Origin: Takakia lepidozioides
Lineage: Eukaryota > Plantae > Bryophyta
Direction of reading: 5' to 3'
Assembly (NCBI GenBank): GCA_030704615.1
Contig: CM060731.1
Location: 87,482,001 to 87,546,000, forward strand
Length of the DNA stretch: 64,000 bases
Under the pieces are notes generated by a model that saw only the letters and a program-made list of their open reading frames with translations, searched no databases and was not told the origin of the DNA. Positions within the stretch are counted from its first letter, which is position 1, and each line of letters opens with the position of its first letter. Both the position numbers and the translations under genes were made by a program. This document shows positions 1-9,259 of this stretch, piece by piece.

Positions 1-39
1 CTCTCTCTCTCCCTCTCCCTCTCTCTTTTTAACTTTTTC

Positions 40-590
40 TGCAGAGGGGTCAACTCTGAGGTTAAGAAAACCATGCTTTGTCGCATTATTAGACCTGCCT
101 TGGAGTACGGATCTGCAATATGGGTCGATAAATCTGACTTAGAGGCTGTAGTGTCCAAAGCCATGTCTGTTGCCATGAGATTGTCTGATGAAAATGAAGT
201 TAGGCAGAAAACTTCCCTGAACTTGTTTCCAGTCAGTGACATGGGGAGGATATCTTGGATGACCTCAAGGGTCTACCCACTCTCGGCACTAGACTGAAAT
301 TTAAACTCAGGGCAGGAAGCCTACCTTTGAACAACAAATAGAAGCAGAGAGGAAAGGGAGAGTGCAATTGCCCATTGTGTGGGCAATCTGAAGACAGTAC
401 TCATTTTCTGATACACTATCCGGGGTTCTCTCACTAAAGAGACGCTCTCTTCAAATCTATCAAGGGAATTGTGCATGTACCTCTATTTACCAACTTTGAA
501 AGTCTCAAGGCTGAGCCAAAAGCCCAGGCCTGTAGGGCAACGCTGAGTCCCGCGATTTTGAGCTGCGATTTTCAAGCTAAGTGTCGGAGT
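40..590 (+). mobile_element. Degenerate non-LTR retrotransposon (LINE) ORF2 C-terminal fragment
   Basis: Reads IIRPALEYGSAIW, then LKFKLRAG and CNCPLCGQSEDSTHFL (a Cys/His motif typical of LINE ORF2 ends), broken by stops and frameshifts. Part of it recurs at about 50060-50300. Confidence 0.65.
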
Positions 591-1056
591 GTTGGGAGGA
601 AGCCAATACACCTCACGGATGAAGCAGGAATGAAAGGGGCGCTGATGGATGGAAAAGGAGCACACCTAGTTGATGATCATGGATGACGGGCGGATGAACG
701 GACTCGACAGTTGGTCGACACTGGGTGGATGAATAAGTAGGCATAGCTAGACCATCACAGCGGGGTCTCCCACCTGTGAGAAGAGACAAGACGCCGCCAT
801 TGCGCATCCCCAGGAGCTCGTCCAGCATGGGCACGAAGCAGCATACAGGGTAGCAGCAGAGCTCAGACGCCATAACTCTCAGCCCGCGAGCTCAAAAGCA
901 CGAGGAGTGCTACTGACGGCAGGAGAGACACCCTAGGGCAAAGCCCGATTTTTCATCCGTGGAGGATGAATTCGAATAATCAACACCCTTTATCTCGAAA
1001 ACCCGACGGATGTCATCCATTAGCTAGGTTTAAACAGTAGATTATAGGGTAGGGGT

Positions 1057-1225
1057 GACAACCAGCATGTAGCCCAGTGGTAATGGGCACGTACCACGTT
1101 GGATGTGGTTGTGGGTTCAAACCACGGTCTGGTGTGTCATGAAGGTGTCCACCTTTCAGCTGGAAGGCAGTAGCCCTTGTGGTGAAGTGACACCATAAGT
1201 TACGCTCCCTTCGGAAGGTGCGTCA
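1057..1225 (+). mobile_element. tRNA-derived SINE-like element, copy 1
   Basis: Pol III A box TAGCCCAGTGG (1070-1080) and B box GGTTCAAACC (1114-1123). A closely similar inverted copy lies at 25160-25341. Confidence 0.7.
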
Positions 1226-1701
1226 TACTTTAGGGTAGGGGTTAGGGTTTCACTCCTTAATTAGCCATAATTAAGGGTAATTAAACAATTCACCAGGGCC
1301 ATCATAAGCTGCATTTTTCATCCGGTTCAGATGAAAAAAGTTAATAGGTTCATCTATTTGGAGAAGGTCCATCAGCAGGATGAAAAAGCAGTACACATCA
1401 TCCAAGGCAGCGGTTTCTCATCCTAACAGGTAATTCATCATCCCCTAAGAAAAGCCTCATCCAGTACGGAAAAAAAGGCATAAAGGAGGAATAAAACGAA
1501 TTAATATCCTGGTATTTTTCATCCGGCATGGATGCAAAAATTATAGATAGGATGCCAGTGTCACAACCCCTACAGAGGTAATTCCTTATTCTCTGGTGAC
1601 TCATTTGGTATAGATGAAAGTCAATAAAAGAGGAATGAAAAATTATAGACCCTTTTAAGAGGTATTTTAGTGTCTAGTATTTTAGAGACCCCGTTGTGAT
1701 G

Positions 1702-2477
1702 GCATCGTCTCTTTCCCTCCTTTGGCTTTTATGTTTCGCAGCGGCGCTTGTGTGGGGAAGTATATATCTCTCTCTCCCTTCTTAAACCTAGCATTTGTAT
1801 GCTTCGCTTCTCCTTAGCTGTGTTGGAGGTGGCTTGCTGGTGGCGATAGCGCACAGTTACCTTCCCCAATCGCTCAAGGTGCTTTTGGTGATTAGGGTTC
1901 CTTTTACTTCATGTTTTTCTCTCTTGCTTTGGAGGTTCTTAGTTGACATCGATGACAAGTGTAGGGGTCTGTGATTCACCTGGGGTTCCACAATCCTCAC
2001 TAACCCATTGGTTTTTGTGGGGGCTTGTGATGGGACCAGGTGAGGATCCCTACTTGCTTTGAATTCTCTTGAGCTTGCAGATAAGGATGTGAGCAAAAGG
2101 AACATATTGTTGCTACCTGCAGCCCCGATTTCGGCCCGCTTGCTCCCGGTTTGACATGATGATGCTTGCTTTTGACTTATGTTTTGCTGCCGTTGATGGA
2201 GCATTTCGGCCTGGCAGCCCTGTCTCGTGCAGCACAACATGTGAATCTTACCCTGTCTTGAATCTTTGACAGCTTTGCCTGTGGATTTTTAGACTAGGTA
2301 CTTTTTTGGCCTTAAAAGAGGATTGATGGTGTAAGGGTAAAGGCGTCAGTGGCTGTTAGGCTCTAAGGAAAAGGAGGCCTGGTTTTTTTAAAAAGAAGAC
2401 AGCCTGATAAGGCAATGACAGGCGTTTTCAGACCTGGATTTGATGTGGAATGGAGCACAGTGAGGTTCTATTTGCAA
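1702..2477. repeat. ~775-bp direct repeat, copy 1 (possible pseudo-LTR)
   Basis: Nearly identical to 3738-4512, from gcatcgtctctttccctcct to ttctatttgcaa. Confidence 0.9.
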
Positions 2478-3737
2478 GACATGGCATTAGCACCTTACAG
2501 CTTTTGGCTGCAAAAGTCATGCTGGGACAGACTGAAACAAAAAGCTAGCAGACGTAACGGCCGTTTCAATCAACATGAAAGAAATTTTTTAGTGCAAGAA
2601 GCACGGGATGAACTAGCATGGCTTCTTTCTCACCTGTACATGTCTGGACTTGACAAGGCTAACAACAATGTATGTTTTATGTGTGTGAAGCATATAAGAA
2701 CTCAAGCATACCACCGACTGATGGGTAAGGATTTCAAACCCTGTTATGAAAATGAGGTATGGCTTTCAACTGATTCTGTCTTGTTAAGCATTTCTGAAGA
2801 TCTACCGAAGTTGCTACCTGAAATACCAGCAGTGGCATGTAACCTCCCCTACATGATGGGAATTTACAAACTACACAAAAAGAAGTACCGCTGGATTACC
2901 AATGCCCACAATTGTATTTTCAGCGAACTTGCCTGTCTATTGACACGTGCCACCATGGACCTATTGCCTTTGGTAAAGGAATGGGTCAAGGCACGGCTTG
3001 ATACTTATGAGAATTTTTTCAAAGTGTCCACTTCCATGTACTGGATAATAGACAACATCTCTAATTTTACTCTGAATCTACCTGCAAAGATCCATGACGT
3101 GTTTGTCGCTGACATCACTCAATGTTACGAAAACATACCTTTGACAGGTGAAGATAATTTGGGTGCCGCCATCGAATACGTGGTTCAGATTGCCTTCCGG
3201 CAATACCACATTGCCCACCCTCGATCCAACCACTCACTATGGATTCCAGCCAGGAAAGACACCTTCGGGAAATGTAGGTGGGGACCTTCCTCGCCTAAAA
3301 CTAGTACGTGGATTGAGCTCTCCGAAGCTAGATTGCTTGGGCTCCACAAGTGGTTGATGACTCATTGCTTTGTTGCTTTGGGGGATCGAGTTTGGCAGCA
3401 AGTTTCTGGCATACCCATGGGTTTTTCCTGTTCTCCTCTATGGTGTAACATTGACTTCTTGTCCTATGAACTGAGATTCATCCTCTGTTTTGCTGCTCTA
3501 GGACAGTTCCAGCTTATGGCTAAATTCAAATCAGCCTTCCGGTACATTAATGACATCTGTTGGTTGAATGTTGGTGATGCTAAGCTATTTCTTGATCCTT
3601 CTACGGACAAAAATAGCCTAAACCCATGGTGGGTTTACCCACTCAATGTAGTGGAAATTAAACCAGAGTTATTAAGAACCAAAGATGGTACACCTTACAC
3701 TGGTCTGGAAGCTTGTTTTATGAATGTACATATCAGT
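2478..3737 (+). mobile_element. Penelope-like element reverse transcriptase fragment
   Basis: The core of ORF 2415-3821 has PLE/telomerase-type RT motifs: LDKANNN, YKLHKKKYRWI, FVADITQCYENIP, QQVSGIPMGFSCSP, FRYIND (the catalytic YxDD is changed to YIND). No GIY-YIG domain is visible. Confidence 0.75.
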
Positions 3738-4512
3738 GCATCGTCTCTTTCCCTCCTCTGGCTTTTATGTTTCGCAGCGGCGCTTGTGTGGGGAAGTATA
3801 TATCTCTCTCTCCCTTCTTAAGCCTAGCATTTGTATGCTTTGCTTCTCCTTAGCTGTGTTAGAGGTGGCTTGCTGGTGGCGATGGCGCATAGTTACCTTC
3901 CCCAATCGCTCAAGGTGCTTTTGGTGATTAGGGTTCCTTTTACTTCATGTTTTTCTCTCTTGCTTTGGAGGTTCTTAGTTGACATCGATGACAAGTGTAG
4001 GGGTCTGTGATTCACCTGGCGTTCCACAATCCTCACTAACCCATTGGTTTTTGTGGGGGCTTGTGATGGGACCAGGTGAGGATCCCTACTTGCTTTGAAT
4101 TCTCTTGAGCTTGCAGATAAGGATGTGAGCAAAATGAACATACTGTTGCTACCTGCAGCCCCGATTTCGGCCCGCTTGCTCCCGGTTTGACATGATGATG
4201 CTTGCTTTTGACTTATGTTTTGTTGTCGTTGATGGAGCATTTCGGCCTGGCAGCCTTGTCTCGTGCAGCACAGAATGTGAATCTTACCCTGTCTTGAATC
4301 TTGGACAGCTTTGCCTGTGGATTTTTAGACTAGGTACTTTTTTGGCCTTAAAAGAGGATTGATGGTGTAAGGGTAAAGGCGTCAGTGGCTGTTAAGCTCT
4401 AAGGAAGAGGAGGCCTGGTTTTTTTAAAAGAAGACAACCTGATAAGGCAATGACAGGCGTTTTCAGACCTGGATTTGATGTGGAATGGAGCATAGTGAGG
4501 TTCTATTTGCAA
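3738..4512. repeat. ~775-bp direct repeat, copy 2
   Basis: Nearly identical to 1702-2477. Confidence 0.9.
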
Positions 4513-5372
4513 AACATTCGTAGCATTTGCTCATAGGTCTCCAAAGCATTCCTACCAACCCATGCTTGGTAAATCCTGCCAACATTATATTCCACGTGAT
4601 CAAAGATCATTGAGGGATTCTGTTGAACACTTGGTGAGCATAGATGTACACCAGGGGAATGTTCAGAATGACATCTGGTACAATTCCAGCTTTGATAATG
4701 TCACCATGAACCTGTTTGACCATTCCCAGGGCTGCTAAGCTCACATATGCATATTATAAACACAAATGAGCATGACCTGGTTTGGCTTCATCCCTTCCCA
4801 CATCATTTGCTCTTAGGTTTCCAAAGCCTTAATCCCATACCTTGCAATCATGGCACTCCAAAACACCACATCTCGTTCAGCCATATTGTCGGTGTCGGAC
4901 TCTCCCTTTGCATCAGGTTTGCTGCACCCACATTTGGCATACATTTCCACCAGGGCAGTGTTCAGAATGACATCTGCAGGTACAAATTCAGCTTTGATGA
5001 TGTCACCATGGACCTCTTTCCCCTTTTCCAGAGCTCCCAAGCTTGCACACGCATTTCAAACACAAACAAACGTGATGTGGCTGGGCTTCACCCCTTCGCC
5101 AGCAGTTGCTCATAGGTCTCCAAAGCATTCCTACCACACCCATGCTTGGTAACTCCTGCCGACATTATATTCCACGTGATCAAAGATCGTTGAGGCATTC
5201 TGTTGAACACTTGGTGAGCATCCATGATGCTCCCGCACTTAACATACATGGAGACAAGGGTGTTGAGTAGAAAAATATTTGGCGTGCATCTACTTTGGAT
5301 AATGTAAGTGTGCACCTACTTTCCAGCGTCCAGACCTTCCATCTTGTTGCACTTAAGCAAGGGACAGACATA
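4513..5372 (-). pseudogene. PLS-class pentatricopeptide repeat (PPR) gene fragment
   Basis: NTLVSMYVKCGSIMDAHQVFNRMPQRSLITWN and ALEKGKEVHG...NTALVEMYAKCG; frameshifted. Paralogous to about 48410-49145. Confidence 0.85.
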
Positions 5373-5376
5373 CGTA

Positions 5377-5620
5377 CGGCGCCAGATTTCCATCCGCGCA
5401 GGTAGGGCGGCGCGCGAAATTTCCCTCACGCAGGTAATTCGGAAGCGGATGGATGGAAATCCGGCGCCGGATTTCCATCCGCGCAGGTAGGGCGGCGCGC
5501 GAAATTTCCCTCACGCAGGTAATTCGGAGGCGGATGGATGGAAATCCGGCGCCGGATTTCGATCCGCGCAGGTAGGGCGGCGCGCGAAATTTCCCTCACG
5601 CAGGTAATTCAGAAGCGGAT
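5377..5620. repeat. 85-bp tandem repeat (~3 units) with a 30-bp perfect palindrome
   Basis: CGGCGCC recurs at 5377, 5462 and 5547. GGATGGAAATCCGGCGCCGGATTTCCATCC at 5451-5480 is self-complementary. Confidence 0.9.
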
Positions 5621-5621
5621 G

Positions 5622-6146
5622 TGTCGTGCGCATACATATCGGTACACAACTACATCGCTGTCCAAACCACACCACATATATATGCACAATAAAGTAGTCT
5701 GCCACAATGATAAGAAAAGCTAAGAACACACTGTTGACACAAAACATGACAACCAAAACCATCACTCTTTAGAATAGAAGTCGAGCCAGGGGCACCCCAA
5801 GCTATGGGGACTCCACCCCACAACAACCTATACTCCCATCATAAGCACACTCAGGCCTAAACGATGCAGGAGCTCGGTCGCGCAGGCTCAACTCGAGAGA
5901 GATGAGCCACGCGACTGCCGCTCTCGTGAAGATAAGGCCGTTCAGGTGTCAAACTAAACTTGACACCTGATTTAACACTTGACCTAAATCCAAGTGTTAA
6001 ATACAAATAACTAGCTTTATTCTAGTTGTTTTCACACTGTGCTTATTTAACTTGACAGCTGTCGTGCGCATACATATCGCTACACAACTACATCGCTGTC
6101 CAAACCACACCACACATATATACACAATAAAGTAGTCTGCCACAAT
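5622..6146. repeat. LTR-like segment followed by a partial duplicate of its start
   Basis: TGTCG...TGACA spans 5622-6057. Its first ~86 bp are repeated at 6060-6146. Confidence 0.5.
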
Positions 6147-6185
6147 CGCCCCCCTAGCTGGTGGATAGGTCCCTCTAACTCCAGA

Positions 6186-8714
6186 GGGGGCTGCTATTTC
6201 ATGAGCGGCATGAGCATGAGCGGAAAAAAAAAAAGCATGAGCAGACCATTGTGAGTCCACGGAAATAGGGTTAGGAGGCACGGAAATAGGGTCATGTGAA
6301 GTTGGAATGTGGCACCAGTGGACTTGAAATGCAACATTTTATTGCAAATTTTGTGGCAAGCCACGTCTATACAAGTGTGTTCTAACTGTCATAGCCGGAA
6401 TGGGCACTACTCTCCTACACCCTCCGAGGAACTTGCCCCACCTTCTTCCTCATCCCCCTCATCCCCCTCATCCTCCGAGCTCTGTGATGCATCAGTTCCA
6501 CTATGCCTCTCAAAAATCCCGTCCTCTCCTTGGGGGACTGTCCACCTCACCTCCTGGGAATCTTCTGCGTCTTCTCCCCACTTTCCTCAGCAGAATCCAA
6601 CACAAATCTACGAGCCCGACGGGCTCTAATAGCTGCTGCCTCCTCCCTCATCTTCATTTTCTTGAGGCTTGCCTCGTCTAAAATCTGCTGTACACGACTA
6701 CGTTCGGAACACCTCCTAATGGACACCGAAGCAAGCCGGGCAGCATAAGTAGGAAGGATGTACTCCCTTTCTGGACTAGGCATGAAATCCCCCCTGGCAA
6801 AAAAAGGCACGTTCCTCCTGCCCATGAACTCCGGTGTAGACGTCCCTCCGGCAGTACTTGGCATCCTACAGTAAGAACAAATCCACTTGAAGAATGTCAA
6901 TACCAGCACAACCAGAAAGGGTTTTCAATGAAATAAGAGAGCGGAGGGAGGTGCCTCACAAAATTTGGAGGCAACTTACAATGCCACCACTCACTCGTAA
7001 ACCGGGGGCTCCTCGGCCTCGATCCCAACTTCCTCCCCCTGCTCCTTCTCGAATTTTTCCTCATCCTCCGAGGATGCCTCTTCCTCTTTCGGCAGACGTT
7101 CAGCCGCTGCAAGTTCGCGAGTTGTGGAGGGCAGTATCTGGCTCGAAGGCGAACACATGCCTGTCAGACAACGTCCCTGCCCACATTGAAGCACCTGAGG
7201 AACAAAGCGGCAGCGGTTAATAGCTTGCGGCATGCAATTGCAATGGGGCCAGGGGACAAACTGAGCACGTGAAGGCTTACCCGTGCCGCATGTGAGGTCC
7301 AGAATCCGCCCTTGGACATCCGAGCACGTCTCCATGAGGGTTTGGATGAAAGCAGGGCTCCGGGTCCGGCTGTACCGCCACGGTTTGCCTGTCTTTGTGT
7401 CCTTCGGCATACTAGAGTGGGGCACATAGTTGTAGAGGACATCGTAGGTTACAGGGTCCACAGCGGCATCAACAGACGACCGTCGTTGCGGAATTTGAAC
7501 GTAGACCCTCTCTTCACAAAGCAATATGCCTCAAACACCAATGTCTGCACATCCAACAAAGAAGGGATCAATTCCAGGGTCTACTTAACATACACCACAA
7601 TATGAAGTGAATGCAATAGATTGATAACTTACACTTTGGCCCTCTGTTCGCAACCCCTGCGTACTGATGCAGAACCATTTTCTGAGGAGGACCGGGTGAC
7701 ACTTTTCGGTGTCCACCTTGCCACCGCATTCTCTGTGGTCTTCCCTCTCGTGGCAAGGACAACCACACATCCACCGTCATCCAGAAGCATCCCCGCCAGC
7801 CCAAACCCGGCTTTCCAGTAGTCCTCAGTAAACCTGTTCCAGGTGGGCACACCATCCAGGCCCTCCAGCAGCTCCCCATCTGGAATGTCGAGGAGAATCA
7901 TGTCGCAAGCTCTCTCCACCTCAACCCCCCCCCCCGAGTGCTCTTGCAATTCGTGCTCACAGCCGTGAAGAATTCCATCATGGCTTCAAAACCAGGGGTG
8001 TCTTTAGGCTCTGTACCGGCAGCCCTCTTCTTGGCTTTCCCCTTCTGCTCCCCAGAGACTTGTTGTGTGCCACCTTCTTCGCCCTGGCAGCGAGAGCGTC
8101 AAGGAAGCTCTCATTGACGCATTGGATGATGGTTGGAGGTTCTAGCTTTGGCCTGTGCGTAAACGTCACCGCCGAATACCGCCGTGTAGGCTCGCCCTCA
8201 AATGCCAACTTCTTGGCAGAGCCAGTCCCACTCCAACTGACTTGGGAACCCGGACGACCGGTGACTGGGTAGGAGCAACAGCAGTCGCAGGACCTTGAAC
8301 AAAATCGGCGTCGGAGTCACTCTCTTGGGTCCCCTCCTGCGCCTCCTCCGATGCCCCGATGGTTTTCTTCTTTTTGGGTGTTACTGCAGTCACCTGTTTC
8401 CTTGTCCTTTTCCTTTGACCTTTACTCTTCTCATGCAATTTCTCCTGAATTCCTGCCTGAGCAAGCTCTGCCGCTTTCCTGGAGTTCGCAAGCGCTTTTG
8501 CCTCTTTTGCACCCAACGGAGGCAGCGGAGCCCGGTTTCGTCGGAATTCAGCATCCAGCTTCAATTGAAACTCGGATGGGTCGAGCGAGCCGGGCGGAAG
8601 GTCCACATACCAAGGGCAATCACGCAAATGTTCAGATGCCACTCTTCACAATATCGTCAGTGTACATGGAGTCAGCCCCAGGGTTCCTCCATGCCAGGAA
8701 GAATGGTGGCTCGA
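6186..8714 (-). mobile_element. Putative DNA transposon-like element, copy A, carrying a spliced amino-methyltransferase-like gene
   Basis: Terminus GGGGGCTGCTATTTCATGAG at 6186 with subterminal CATGAG and GGAAATAGGG repeats. Spliced translation includes CDMILLDIPDG...LLDDGGCVVVL...TRSPAFIQTLMETCSDVQGRILDLTCGT|GASMWAGTLSDRHVFAFEPD (GT-AG intron 7195-7280). Runs into the gap. Confidence 0.7.
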
Positions 8715-9214
8715 NNNNNNNNNNNNNNNNNNNNNNNNNNNNNNNNNNNNNNNNNNNNNNNNNNNNNNNNNNNNNNNNNNNNNNNNNNNNNNNNNNNNNN
8801 NNNNNNNNNNNNNNNNNNNNNNNNNNNNNNNNNNNNNNNNNNNNNNNNNNNNNNNNNNNNNNNNNNNNNNNNNNNNNNNNNNNNNNNNNNNNNNNNNNNN
8901 NNNNNNNNNNNNNNNNNNNNNNNNNNNNNNNNNNNNNNNNNNNNNNNNNNNNNNNNNNNNNNNNNNNNNNNNNNNNNNNNNNNNNNNNNNNNNNNNNNNN
9001 NNNNNNNNNNNNNNNNNNNNNNNNNNNNNNNNNNNNNNNNNNNNNNNNNNNNNNNNNNNNNNNNNNNNNNNNNNNNNNNNNNNNNNNNNNNNNNNNNNNN
9101 NNNNNNNNNNNNNNNNNNNNNNNNNNNNNNNNNNNNNNNNNNNNNNNNNNNNNNNNNNNNNNNNNNNNNNNNNNNNNNNNNNNNNNNNNNNNNNNNNNNN
9201 NNNNNNNNNNNNNN
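8715..9214. other. Assembly gap (500 N)
   Basis: Run of N. ORF calls that span it are artefacts. Confidence 1.
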
Positions 9215-9259
9215 TAGGTTGGTCTCAACTTTTGCTCACGCATGCTGACTGCCTTGCAG

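Noticed and set aside
1057-1135. tRNA gene
   Set aside because: A and B boxes are present, but I could not fold a cloverleaf. Similarity to the second copy extends about 100 bp further, as expected for a SINE.
2395-2440. Hammerhead ribozyme in the putative pseudo-LTR
   Set aside because: CTGATAAG does not match the CUGANGA core, and no correctly placed GAAA with flanking stems was found by eye.
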